Virus record (IMG/VR): IMGVR_UViG_3300002220_000029
Location: 11,285 to 75,284 of that record
Length of the DNA: 64,000 nt
DNA from: a virus
Lineage: Duplodnaviria; Caudoviricetes
Strand: one strand, 5' to 3'
Shown here: one piece after another, positions 44,901-53,561 of the stretch
Layout: each line of letters begins with the position of its first letter
How positions within the stretch are numbered: position 1 is the first letter of the stretch
Notes under the pieces: model-generated
The model's input: the letters and a program-made list of their open reading frames with translations, nothing else
Database searches by the model: none
Told to the model about the DNA's origin: nothing
Program-made: the position numbers and the translations under genes

Positions 44901-46180
44901 GAATAATAGAATATTCTCCTATCAAATCTATCAAATACGTTGGAAAAGAACAGACATATGATGTTGAAATGGAAGATCCACATAATTTTATTGCCAATGG
45001 TTTTGTAAGCCATAATTCTCACAGCGTCGAGTATTCTATGATAGCATATTGGTGTGCATTTTGTAAGTTGTATTTTCCAGCTGAGTTTTTGTGCGCTAAT
45101 TTATCATATGGATCAGATGGCAAAAAAGAAGAATTGGTCAAAGAGGCAAGGCGGTTAGGCTTGAATATTGTTCTGCCAAAGATTGGTGTTTCTGATGCTC
45201 ATAAATGGGTTGTTAAAGATGGCAAGTTATATGTTCCTTTCATTGAGATAAAAGGTGTAGGCGAAAAAGTGGCTTTAGAACTTTTGAAGTATCGTCCTCC
45301 GGAGCCACAAGAAGTAGTATTACATCAACAAAGTAAGCCAAGGCAACGAGGTTTTTTTGATTTAAAGCAGGAAGAACCTAAAACAGTGTTAAAAGAGGTA
45401 AAAGAAAAAAAGATAGATAAATTATTAAAGGCCATTGGAGCGATTGGCAATAATCCAGAAGAAGATTTGTCAAAGTATTTTTCTTTTGATATGAGTGTTG
45501 ATAAACGGGACGAATTTCCTAATCTACGCCAATGTCTTGGCTTTAGTTTTCCTCCTAAGGATCTTGAAGCCATGTTGAGTTTAGAATTGCCTGTAGGCTA
45601 TATTCGAGGAAAGATTCATACTTCTAAATTCCAAAATCCAGAGCTTTTGTATTGCCAGGATTGTGATCTTGTAAAACAGTGTAAAAGACCAGTATTACCT
45701 TCGTCGGGAAGGTACAATCTTGCTATTGTTGGCGAGGCTCCTGGGCCGAATGAGGATAAACAAGGAGAAGGATTTGTTGGACGCGCTGGCGATTTGGTTT
45801 GGAAAGAGTTAGGCCAATATGGTCTTATACGCAGGTTTTTTCATGTAACGAATTGTGTTAAATGTTATCCTGGCGAGATTAAGACTCCGGCTGTAAGACA
45901 TTTAACAGCTTGTAAGAAATGGCTTGATGAAGAGATCAAACAAGCTGAGATAAAATTATCATTGGTATTTGGAAATACGGGGTTAAAATATTTTAAGGGA
46001 GAGGATGGCGGTATTACCAAATACAGTGGCAAGGCAGAATGGCTTGAGAATTATGGCATGTGGGCTTGCTGGTGTGTTCATCCTGCTTCGGTATTGAGAG
46101 ATCCTAAAAATAAGGATGATTTTCAATCAGGGATTGCAAACTTTGTGGAAAAAATAAATGTTCTGGGAGGATTGAAATAA
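41951..46180 (+). CDS. dnaE: DNA polymerase III alpha (DnaE) with intein and C-terminal family-4 uracil-DNA glycosylase domain
   Basis: PHP HLHVHTE..TDHG; GPGRGSVGGS; YPDIDLDF; KLDVLGL; FNR|intein|SHS; C-terminal VGEAPG.NED..GEGFVG.AG, TNCVKC, HPA. Confidence 0.93.
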   Translation: MEFCHLHVHTENSLLDGYGSAKQYLSKAKELGFQYLACTDHGNQDGLIKFQREAEKQGIKSILGCELYIVPDASIKVPKEFRFHVTVLVKDNDGWHNLCKILTEANLHGFYYKPRADFDMLKKYSKGLVFLSGCTATVLTSKIGQDFFWELNVLCPGDCYLEVMPHLFDDQMEVNKICCEYGLPLVATNDCHYVNEDDGMVHEVLLAIQTKAKWSDSSRFRFETRGLFLRSSQEMKEAFKLQDVLTKSQYLLAMRNTVEIAEKCSDFKIQKQDIFLPSILQKGESENLFLRTLCEKGYRKIFGELIENDSIYYDRFLEEFNMIKKKKFIRYFLVVWELTEWCKKNNIMIGPGRGSVGGSLIAYLIGITSVDPIKYNLLFSRFIAEDRIDYPDIDLDFEDVKRPLIRGHLEEMYGKNNIASVSTFMDMKGRAAIRDVARVFEIPYGEVDEFAKFIEDENGDGSSIETAASDHWFSQKYPEAVKIAIRLEGQTRGVGQHAAALIVSADDLTQGARCNLSVRSNQEVVNWDKDDAEYVGLMKLDVLGLNTLSILNETKRLVKENHNKEIVFEKITLDNPQVFDMLSKGQTVGVFQFNTWPTTKLCKEVGVDSFGLMSDVVALVRPGPADSGMTADFIKRKHGKKWLKKHRIYEQITRDTFGIIIYQEQVMQVISEVAGLPYSTADKIRKIIAKKRDVKEFEKYREMFVDGCEKKETLSEKEALEFWEALEKHASYSFNRCLAGDTVVNRASAGRFCGLDVTLKDLYESRYSKTSTGDKLRCRGLHLLQWKELDSRIHTGKMTNIYDSGVQEVWLICLESGNSIKATDQHRFLAKRREKNLYVKVCDLKIGDLLAIKGPRVKEIIKAALDSRPLKTTYRGRGFQKGEDNVGYIDGRGKFLKPARIKVSLRARGRCEECGKEIEKECESCHQKVKIGRPEFAHVKLLDELNYDHELYHSLENIMYLCNSCHKKKDYEKGERKVRHSVGRIIEYSPIKSIKYVGKEQTYDVEMEDPHNFIANGFVSHNSHSVEYSMIAYWCAFCKLYFPAEFLCANLSYGSDGKKEELVKEARRLGLNIVLPKIGVSDAHKWVVKDGKLYVPFIEIKGVGEKVALELLKYRPPEPQEVVLHQQSKPRQRGFFDLKQEEPKTVLKEVKEKKIDKLLKAIGAIGNNPEEDLSKYFSFDMSVDKRDEFPNLRQCLGFSFPPKDLEAMLSLELPVGYIRGKIHTSKFQNPELLYCQDCDLVKQCKRPVLPSSGRYNLAIVGEAPGPNEDKQGEGFVGRAGDLVWKELGQYGLIRRFFHVTNCVKCYPGEIKTPAVRHLTACKKWLDEEIKQAEIKLSLVFGNTGLKYFKGEDGGITKYSGKAEWLENYGMWACWCVHPASVLRDPKNKDDFQSGIANFVEKINVLGGLK
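44159..45016 (+). mobile_element. intein (286 aa) with HNH-type endonuclease
   Basis: Starts CLAGDT, block B KATDQHRFL, ends TYDVEMEDPHNFIANGFVSHN with +1 Ser; interrupts FN(K/R)SH; internal CEEC...AHV...N..YLCNSCH. Confidence 0.92.
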
Positions 46181-47139
46181 TGGTACAACCGTTACATCTC
46201 AAGTATAGGCCGGTCAGTTTAGAAGAGTTTGTAGGCAACAAAGGAGTGGTCAGTTCTCTTAAGAGTGTGTTAGAACGACCTGATGGTGTTCCTCATTCAT
46301 TTCTGTTTTCAGGACCAAGTGGCTGCGGCAAGACGACTCTGGCGAGAATTGTTAAGAACCTTTTGGGTTGTTCTGATGTAGATTTTCAGGAAATGAATGT
46401 GGCAAATGATCGTGGTATTGATACCATTCGAGAGATAGAAAAGAATTGTTCTTATGCTCCATTCAGCGGGAAGATAAAAATGTTACTATTAGACGAGAGT
46501 CATCGATTAACTACAGATGCTCAAAATGCCTTGTTAAAATTGTTAGAAGATACACCAAATCATGTTTATTTTCTTCTTTGTACCACTGATCCTGAAAAGT
46601 TGATTAAGACCATTAGGACTCGGTGTCATACATATCAAGTACAATCATTAATGAGTCACGACATAAGAAGTTTATTGAATCATGTTTTGAAGCAAGAAAA
46701 GATTAAGGATTTTCCAGAGAAGGCTGTTGAAGAAATTGTTAAAACGGCTAATGGATCTCCCAGACAGGCTTTGGTTATTTTGGATTCCGTTATTGATATT
46801 CAGGATGATGATGAGATGATCGCTTCTATTATGGATTATAATTTTAGTGAAAAGACTGTTTTGGATTTGTGTAAAGCACTGTTAGAGAAACAAGGTTGGC
46901 CTATCATTGCCGCAGTTTTGAAAACTCTTCTGAGCAAAGATGATGGAGATAAGGATGCAGATAAGGCTGAGAAGGTCAGATATGCCGTGTTGGGTTATAT
47001 GACATCTGTTCTTTTAAACAAAGAGAATGAGGTTGCTATGACAACAATTGAAGAATTTTCTGATCATTTTCGGGATAATGCTAAGGCAGGCCTGGTGGGT
47101 GCTTGTTACAAAATTTATATACGAGTAAATTCAAAATAG
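46180..47139 (+). CDS. clamp loader ATPase (DnaX/RFC-like)
   Basis: KYRP, GPSGCGKTT, LDESH, AQNALLKLLED, IRTRC, GSPRQAL. Confidence 0.9.
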   Translation: MVQPLHLKYRPVSLEEFVGNKGVVSSLKSVLERPDGVPHSFLFSGPSGCGKTTLARIVKNLLGCSDVDFQEMNVANDRGIDTIREIEKNCSYAPFSGKIKMLLLDESHRLTTDAQNALLKLLEDTPNHVYFLLCTTDPEKLIKTIRTRCHTYQVQSLMSHDIRSLLNHVLKQEKIKDFPEKAVEEIVKTANGSPRQALVILDSVIDIQDDDEMIASIMDYNFSEKTVLDLCKALLEKQGWPIIAAVLKTLLSKDDGDKDADKAEKVRYAVLGYMTSVLLNKENEVAMTTIEEFSDHFRDNAKAGLVGACYKIYIRVNSK

Positions 47140-47149
47140 GATATAATAG
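47128..47149 (+). promoter_or_regulatory. phage promoter-like motif
   Basis: AATTCAAAATAGGATATAATAG upstream of 47168. Confidence 0.6.
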
Positions 47150-47167
47150 TATTGAAAGGAGATCAAA

Positions 47168-47677
47168 ATGGATAATGATTTTGAAGTCAATGAACATGAT
47201 TTGGATGGTGAGTGGTTAAGGCAGGCAATGCTTTACAATAAATGGGCTGATCGGGCAGCAGTAGCTGCAAAGAATCAAGCCAAATTACATTTGAAAAGAA
47301 AGATACTCAAGGCAAGTTTGTATAAGGAAGCAAAAATTAAGCTTGCGGCTCTTCCTGGAAGCAAAGAAGGGAAGGAACCAACAGGAGCAGCTATAGAAGC
47401 CGAGATTAGAACCAGCAAGGAATATGAGAGTTTATCTTTGGAATTAATCGATGCAGAGGAATACACGAGTCTCATGGATTCGGGTAAATGGTCGATGGTC
47501 GAAAAGAGTAAGGCTCTTGATAGACTGTGTGTCGATAGAGATAAAGGATTTTACATGCCATCAAGTTGTGGTGGTCAGGATGATTCAAAAAGGTCTGATA
47601 TTCGTCAAGAGCAATTAAAAAAAGTCGACAAAGGCTTAAGGGAAGGAATGGCTCAGAAAAAGATAAGCCGAGGTTGA
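47168..47677 (+). CDS. UvsY-like recombination mediator
   Basis: Helical 169 aa, LDGEWLRQA.LY..W...IEAEIRT; precedes the SSB gene. Confidence 0.6.
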   Translation: MDNDFEVNEHDLDGEWLRQAMLYNKWADRAAVAAKNQAKLHLKRKILKASLYKEAKIKLAALPGSKEGKEPTGAAIEAEIRTSKEYESLSLELIDAEEYTSLMDSGKWSMVEKSKALDRLCVDRDKGFYMPSSCGGQDDSKRSDIRQEQLKKVDKGLREGMAQKKISRG

Positions 47678-47681
47678 TGAT

Positions 47682-47819
47682 ATGGAAGAAATTAAAATCA
47701 TTATTATTGTTTTAGGTGTGTTGTGTGTAGGGTATGTGGCCGTGCGATTGTGGTCATCTGCGTATTTTCGCAGTAAGTTTGAGGCCAGTAAATTTAATCA
47801 TAAAAAAGAAGAGGAGTAG
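47682..47819 (+). CDS. small single-TM protein (45 aa)
   Basis: GAGG RBS; MEEIKIIIIVLGVLCVGYVAVRLW. Confidence 0.5.
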   Translation: MEEIKIIIIVLGVLCVGYVAVRLWSSAYFRSKFEASKFNHKKEEE

Positions 47820-47823
47820 TATT

Positions 47824-48876
47824 ATGCCAAAACCATCGCGTCGTAGTGCAAAAGAAGAGTTGTTGAAGAGATTAGAAGGAGATTACAACAGAAAGAAAGG
47901 AGGGGGTTCGCTTTTCAGATCGGATGTAAAAGGTGTTTCTTTTTGGCAGTGTAAAGAGGCAGATCATATTATTGATATCATTCCTTATACTGCTGGAGAC
48001 ATGGATCCAATTGAACCAGGGAGCGAGAGTTATGTGTTGGAGTTTTTTGTTCACAGCAATGTGGGCCAGCAAGAAGGCATGATAATTTGTATGGCCGAGA
48101 CGTTTAAGAAGCCTTGTCCTATTTGTGAAGAGCGTCGGCGTCTGATCAAGAAAGGAGATGATGAACAGCGGATCAAGGAGTTGACGCCAAGTAGATTTCC
48201 AAGGTCAATTTACAATATCGTTTGTTATGATTCGAAGGAAGAAGAAAACAAAGGTGTCCAGGTTTGGCATACAAGTAATTATTTGCTTCAGCAATTTTTA
48301 CTTGCTCTTGCTAAAAGGCCGGTCCGTCCTGGACAGAAATCTGTCGAGCCATTCATTGCTTTTATGGATGTTGATGAAGGAAAGTCTATTGCCTTTAAGA
48401 GAGAAGGCAAGAAGGAAAGTACCAAATATATCGGCATTCGTTTTGAAGATCGTAATTATAAAATCAGCGATGAAATTGCCAAAGGAGTTCATGTTCTGGA
48501 TGAATTAATTGCCTGGCCAACTTACGAAGAGTCTTATTTGGAGTTTTGGGGTCAGCCACTTGCTTCTGAGAAGGTTGTTGATGATCCTCCGGCACGTGAA
48601 CGAAAGTATGAAGAAAAGAAAGAACCTGAACCTTCCAGAGGAAGGCGTCCAGAAGTAGAAGAGAAGAAATCGGTTGAAGAGGATCCGCCTGTTCGGGGTC
48701 GCAGACGGGTGGCTGAGGAAGACGTTCCTGATCCTGATGTTGGTAAAAGCAACAAATGCCCTGCTGGTAAAGGTTTTGGCATTGATATTGATGATCTAAA
48801 GGAATGTGACAAATGTGCCGTCTGGAAAGAGTGTGCCAAAGAAGCGGATGCCATCGAGAAAGCAAAAAAGAAATAA
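47824..48876 (+). CDS. ssDNA-binding protein, T4 gp32-like
   Basis: GAGGAG RBS; VH..V...IC.....KPCPICE; acidic/charged C-terminal tail. Confidence 0.7.
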   Translation: MPKPSRRSAKEELLKRLEGDYNRKKGGGSLFRSDVKGVSFWQCKEADHIIDIIPYTAGDMDPIEPGSESYVLEFFVHSNVGQQEGMIICMAETFKKPCPICEERRRLIKKGDDEQRIKELTPSRFPRSIYNIVCYDSKEEENKGVQVWHTSNYLLQQFLLALAKRPVRPGQKSVEPFIAFMDVDEGKSIAFKREGKKESTKYIGIRFEDRNYKISDEIAKGVHVLDELIAWPTYEESYLEFWGQPLASEKVVDDPPARERKYEEKKEPEPSRGRRPEVEEKKSVEEDPPVRGRRRVAEEDVPDPDVGKSNKCPAGKGFGIDIDDLKECDKCAVWKECAKEADAIEKAKKK

Positions 48877-48919
48877 CGTTTCTAAAATAAAAAAAATAAA
48901 ATAGGAAGGAGGTCATAAA

Positions 48920-49099
48920 ATGATAACAGAATTATTGGAGGAAATGGTTGTCGTGCTTGTAGCGGCGAAAGAAGATGCAAAGAAGTTTGATGAAAAAGGT
49001 AATGCTGCATCCGGTCGCCGGGTGAGAGTGGCCATGCAGGATTTGAAAAAGAAGGCCCAGGACGTGCGCGTTGCCATTACTGAATTAAAGAAAAAATAG
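48920..49099 (+). CDS. Hc1-like small basic nucleoid protein (59 aa)
   Basis: AGGAGG RBS; KFDEKGNAASGRRVRVAMQDLKKKAQDVR. Confidence 0.65.
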   Translation: MITELLEEMVVVLVAAKEDAKKFDEKGNAASGRRVRVAMQDLKKKAQDVRVAITELKKK

Positions 49100-49197
49100 T
49101 GAATGATGCCGGATAGCGACCGGATGAACTGAGGGGATGCGGGGTAGCCTCAGCGAGATTGATAAAAAGCCCGCACAAAATAAAGGAGGTTTTAATC

Positions 49198-49728
49198 ATG
49201 ATAAATACTTTAATCGACGGTTGGAGACTTACTAAGGTGGATGCAAAGTGGATGGCACAACATGTTGGTGTCGATGTTGCTAACAAGGAAATCAGGCCAA
49301 GAGTTATTGAACTAATCAAAGATAGTTTAGGGTTTCTTGTTCAAGCGATCCAAAACGATTGGCGGTCTGTTTACTTTAGCGTGGGAGTGAATTTAGCTGA
49401 ACGTGTAGGATGGCAAGAGGGCGATTTGATTGCTTGTTTGCGACATGAAAACCATCCAGCATATGGTCGACTTATCAAAGTCACCGGAGAACAAAAACAA
49501 GCAATGGTCAAAAACGACCCGACAGGTTGTCGTTCGCGTATCAGAGTGTTAAGTATTCATGATAAAGAGGTTGGTAAGATTTCACAGTTTCGCATCACTT
49601 ATGATTATGGAGATGATTTGCCAACGAAGGAGCAGTGGCCATGTATTAACAATCTGACTATTGTGAGTATAGGCCTTTATTGTGAAACAAATATTGGTTG
49701 GATAGATTTTCTGTGGCCAGTTGCTTAA
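49198..49728 (+). CDS. hypothetical protein
   Basis: AAGGAGG RBS before ATG 49198. Confidence 0.6.
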   Translation: MINTLIDGWRLTKVDAKWMAQHVGVDVANKEIRPRVIELIKDSLGFLVQAIQNDWRSVYFSVGVNLAERVGWQEGDLIACLRHENHPAYGRLIKVTGEQKQAMVKNDPTGCRSRIRVLSIHDKEVGKISQFRITYDYGDDLPTKEQWPCINNLTIVSIGLYCETNIGWIDFLWPVA

Positions 49729-49746
49729 TTATAGAAGGACAAAACA

Positions 49747-50847
49747 ATGAAAATCAATCGAAGCATTGAACCAGACGAAATTAGAGAGGCCGCAGCGAAA
49801 ATGAAAGCCGCTGCTGAGCCAATAGAAGAGACTCCGGTTGAGTTTTTCCATTCCAGTTCTGTTTTACTAAACCTTGCAGGATCAGGTAAGGGCAGAAAAG
49901 GTGGTTGGGCCAGAGGCAGGATTATCAATCTTGTTGGGGACGGCTCCAGTGGCAAGACGTTATTGGCATTGGAGTTAGCTGCTTTTGTTTTCCATAAGAT
50001 GATGGGGAATAAATCCCATAATTTTCCAGTGGTCAAAAAGATCAAAATCATTTTTGATAATGCTGAAGAGGTTATGGATTTCCCTCTGGAGAAGATGTAT
50101 GGGAAGGCTTTTGTTGAGGGCATTGAGTGGGTAAGCTCGAAGACGGTTCAGGGCTGGGGCCGCAACGTCACCAGAGAAGTTATGGCCAATAAGCCGGGAG
50201 AGCTGTTGTTGTATATCACCGATTCCCTTGATGCGCTGACTTCTCAGGAGGGTTTGGAACGGTTTGAAAAGGCCGCCAAGACAGACAAGGAAGAGGAAGG
50301 CACGTATGGGACGGAGAAGCCAGCTTATTTGAGCAAGAGCTTTTTCAACAATATGTGTTCAATGATGTCAGGCAAGGACGTCACTCTGGTCATTATATCC
50401 CAGATTAGGATGAAGATAGGCGTGACGTTTGGGGAGAAATACAATAGGGCTGGAGGCAAGTCGTTGGATTTTTATACGCATCAAGTATGTTGGTTAAGTG
50501 AGGTCGAAAAATTAAAAAAGACCTTCCGCGGCGAAGAAAGAGTTTATGGGATACGGGTGTTGGCCAAGTTTAAGCGTAATAAGGTTGCTAAGCCATTCCG
50601 GGAAGCAGAATTGATAATCTTGTTTGATTACGGAGTTGATGATATTGGATCAAGTATTGCTTATCTGTGGGGACCAAAAGTAAAAGCGATTGATTGGAAT
50701 GGAACTGAATACAGTCGTGAAGGCATGATAAAGTATATTGAGGAAAACAACTGTCAAGATGAACTGGCCGAGAAAGTAGAAATTTGGTGGAATGAAATAG
50801 AAGATCATCTAAAGCCTGATCGTGTTAAAAAATATGGTGATGAATAA
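49747..50847 (+). CDS. RecA/UvsX-like recombinase
   Basis: GDGSSGKT, ITDSLDAL, ISQIRMKIG, AGGKSLDFY, KRNKVAKPFR. Confidence 0.9.
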   Translation: MKINRSIEPDEIREAAAKMKAAAEPIEETPVEFFHSSSVLLNLAGSGKGRKGGWARGRIINLVGDGSSGKTLLALELAAFVFHKMMGNKSHNFPVVKKIKIIFDNAEEVMDFPLEKMYGKAFVEGIEWVSSKTVQGWGRNVTREVMANKPGELLLYITDSLDALTSQEGLERFEKAAKTDKEEEGTYGTEKPAYLSKSFFNNMCSMMSGKDVTLVIISQIRMKIGVTFGEKYNRAGGKSLDFYTHQVCWLSEVEKLKKTFRGEERVYGIRVLAKFKRNKVAKPFREAELIILFDYGVDDIGSSIAYLWGPKVKAIDWNGTEYSREGMIKYIEENNCQDELAEKVEIWWNEIEDHLKPDRVKKYGDE

Positions 50848-51731
50848 TGGTTCGTCTTTTAATTGATTGTAGTTGTTTGGCCTACAAATCTTTGTTTACC
50901 ATGGGTGATCTAAGTAATGATGAAAAACGTGTTGGTGTTATCTTTGGTTTTGTTAAACAGATATTGACACTATCTAAGAAATTTGAAACCAATAAATTTG
51001 TATTCTGTTGGGATCATCGTAATTCTTATCGGAAGATTGAATATCCTGAATACAAAGTGAAACGACATAGTAAGGCACAAACCGAAGAACAACAAGCAGA
51101 TATGCAAGATGCTTTTCGACAGTTTGATGAAATAAGAGAATTGATTTTGCCTTTAATGGGGTTTACAAATATTTATCAACAGAGTGGATATGAGGCAGAT
51201 GATTTAATTGCCTACGTGGCTACGAGAAGACCAGATGATACTGTGATAGTATCGACTGACAATGATTTACTTCAACTGATATATCATGACAGATTCTGTC
51301 CAATTAAGATTTACAATTTCAAAGGCATCACAGATGAGGCAGAATTTAGGAGAGCTTGGTTTAATATTTCTCCTATGAAATGGTCCTTTGTTAAGGCTAT
51401 TGCAGGATGTAACAGTGATGAGGTTGTAGGGATTGCTGGCGTAGGAGAGCTGACGGCTGCCAAGTATGTGGCCGGTGTGTTAAAAGGAAAGAATCTTGAA
51501 AAAATCAATTCGTCAGAAGGTCAATACATTTTCAAGAGAAATTTGTCGCTTGTGGCGTTACCATATAATGGAATCAAGTCTATTAATCTTCCTGAACATA
51601 AGGATGATGATATCGCGATTGAAAAATTTAAAGCAATATTTGGTCAATACGGCTTTAAATCCTTATTGAAAGAGGAAGAGATTTCTAAATGGTCTAAATC
51701 ATTTTTTGGAGGGGAAGATGGCAAGCGGTAA
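50847..51731 (+). CDS. 5'-3' exonuclease / RNase H (FEN-like)
   Basis: LLIDCS, CWD...YR...YPEYK, GYEADDLI, STDNDLLQL, GIAGVGE.TA. Confidence 0.88.
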   Translation: MVRLLIDCSCLAYKSLFTMGDLSNDEKRVGVIFGFVKQILTLSKKFETNKFVFCWDHRNSYRKIEYPEYKVKRHSKAQTEEQQADMQDAFRQFDEIRELILPLMGFTNIYQQSGYEADDLIAYVATRRPDDTVIVSTDNDLLQLIYHDRFCPIKIYNFKGITDEAEFRRAWFNISPMKWSFVKAIAGCNSDEVVGIAGVGELTAAKYVAGVLKGKNLEKINSSEGQYIFKRNLSLVALPYNGIKSINLPEHKDDDIAIEKFKAIFGQYGFKSLLKEEEISKWSKSFFGGEDGKR

Positions 51732-52431
51732 AGCAAAAGGTGGTTCATATGAGAATGAAATTGCACGACAACTTTCCTTGTGGTTTACTAATGGAGAGAG
51801 GGACGATGTATTTGGTCGTTCTGATGGTTCTGGCAGTCGATTTACTGCTCGAAGAAAGAAAGGAAAAGATACGGCTAATCAAGGGGGAGACATCACTATC
51901 ATTGATAGTATTGGAGAGCCGTTGATCAAGATTTGGAATATTGAAGTGAAGACCGGGTATTCTGGTAAAAAGAAAGTTAAAGATGCTGATGGCGATATTG
52001 TAAAGATTCCAATTTACGCCAAAAATAAGACTGGGCAGAAAAAGAAGGATGAAGAAAGAGTAATCATTGGCTGGAAAGACAAAACTTCATTGGCTCCATG
52101 GGATGTTCTTGATTTTGTTGATTCGCAGAAAAAGAGTCCTGTTCTCCAGATTTTGTGGGATCAGTGTGTTAGGGATGCTGATTTAACTGGCCGTCATCCT
52201 ATTTTGATTTTTAGGCGTAACGCCCGTCAATCTTGTATCTGTTTTAGAAGGTCATACTATCTGCATGTAGGCAGGTATTATGGAAAAGGCCATTGGGTTT
52301 GTAAGGATGGTCAATATGAAAGTTTTCCTAATTTGATTAATCTGCGTATGGGCGAAGAAAGTTTGGTCATCATGTCTTTGAAACAATTTTTTGCATGGGC
52401 TGATCCAGTAGCGGGATTTTTATCTGATTAA
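51718..52431 (+). CDS. Holliday junction resolvase-like PD-(D/E)XK nuclease
   Basis: KAKGGSYENEIA, GS..., GGDI, IEVK. Confidence 0.7.
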   Translation: MASGKAKGGSYENEIARQLSLWFTNGERDDVFGRSDGSGSRFTARRKKGKDTANQGGDITIIDSIGEPLIKIWNIEVKTGYSGKKKVKDADGDIVKIPIYAKNKTGQKKKDEERVIIGWKDKTSLAPWDVLDFVDSQKKSPVLQILWDQCVRDADLTGRHPILIFRRNARQSCICFRRSYYLHVGRYYGKGHWVCKDGQYESFPNLINLRMGEESLVIMSLKQFFAWADPVAGFLSD

Positions 52432-52454
52432 ATTCAAAAGGCAGATTATAATAA
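52431..52454 (+). promoter_or_regulatory. phage promoter-like motif
   Basis: AATTCAAAAGGCAGATTATAATAA upstream of 52473. Confidence 0.6.
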
Positions 52455-52472
52455 GTATGAGGTTAACGTCGA

Positions 52473-53561
52473 ATGTTTAAATTTCTTAGACTTAAAAATT
52501 ACAAGAGTCATGAAGATTCTTTGATTCACTTTCACAAAGGGGTTAATGTTATATTTGGCCTGAGCCAAGCTGGCAAAACTAATTTTTTAAAAGGATTGAG
52601 GCTATTGGCTGATAATCGACCTCTCGGCGGTAAGTTTTTTTCGGATTTTGCTGGCGAAAAAGGGGAAACTCAGATCACTCTTGGTCTGGATGGTCAAGAT
52701 ATTTCTATTACTAAATCGATCAAAATCAATAAAGAAGGCGATAAACAAGTAATCAAAACAGCTTATACGATAGGCGATTTGGAATTTTCATCGCCCAAAG
52801 ATCAGGTTCCCGATCAAGTTGTGGCGGCATTGAATCTTTCTGAGTTGAATATCCAAGGACAGTTTGATCCTCCGTTTTTAGTTTCGTCATCTGGTGGCGA
52901 GATTGCTAAAACAATTAATAGAATTACAAGGCTTGAAGAAGTAGATGATTGGGTATCAGAGCTGACCAGTGACATCAATGCGGGCAATCGTGATGTTGTT
53001 CGAATAGAAAGTGAAGCCAAAAATCTGATTCAAGAGATTGAAATATACAGCGACATTGAAGAGACAGAGGAAATTGTTAACGAGTTGCAAGCAGTTTCAA
53101 AAGAAGTGGCAAGATTACTTATTCAACAAAATGATTGGGATAGATTGCTTGTCAGTTTTGAGAATGCTGTCAGAGCGTGTGAAAGGTTTGATGGGGTTGA
53201 TGGAGCTGATCAACATATCAAAGATGCCGAAAAGATACAAGACGAGATTGAAATTTATGAGAATTTAAAGGGGCTGATTTGTAGTTATGAATCAAAGATG
53301 TTTGATGACGACAATCTGGTCCGGGCTGAACGGTATGTTGCAAAGGCCGAAAAGATTGATGCTGAAATATCTCTTTTTGTTGAAATGAGAAGTCGGCTCA
53401 GAGTTTATGAGCAGGCGGTGGACGATATGCAACAAAAGGTTCTATTTTTAGAGAATAAGAAAGGGAAATACATGGATTTGTTAAAGACCATTAAAAAGTG
53501 TCCAATTTGTTTCTCTGACATCAGTGCCAAGCATTTAAAGAATGTGGAGGCCTCATTATGA
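52473..53561 (+). CDS. SbcC/Rad50/gp46-like ATPase, N-terminal half ending at the zinc hook
   Basis: LKNYKSH, Walker A GLSQAGKT, Q-loop IQGQFD, coiled coil, terminal CPIC. Confidence 0.8.
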   Translation: MFKFLRLKNYKSHEDSLIHFHKGVNVIFGLSQAGKTNFLKGLRLLADNRPLGGKFFSDFAGEKGETQITLGLDGQDISITKSIKINKEGDKQVIKTAYTIGDLEFSSPKDQVPDQVVAALNLSELNIQGQFDPPFLVSSSGGEIAKTINRITRLEEVDDWVSELTSDINAGNRDVVRIESEAKNLIQEIEIYSDIEETEEIVNELQAVSKEVARLLIQQNDWDRLLVSFENAVRACERFDGVDGADQHIKDAEKIQDEIEIYENLKGLICSYESKMFDDDNLVRAERYVAKAEKIDAEISLFVEMRSRLRVYEQAVDDMQQKVLFLENKKGKYMDLLKTIKKCPICFSDISAKHLKNVEASL

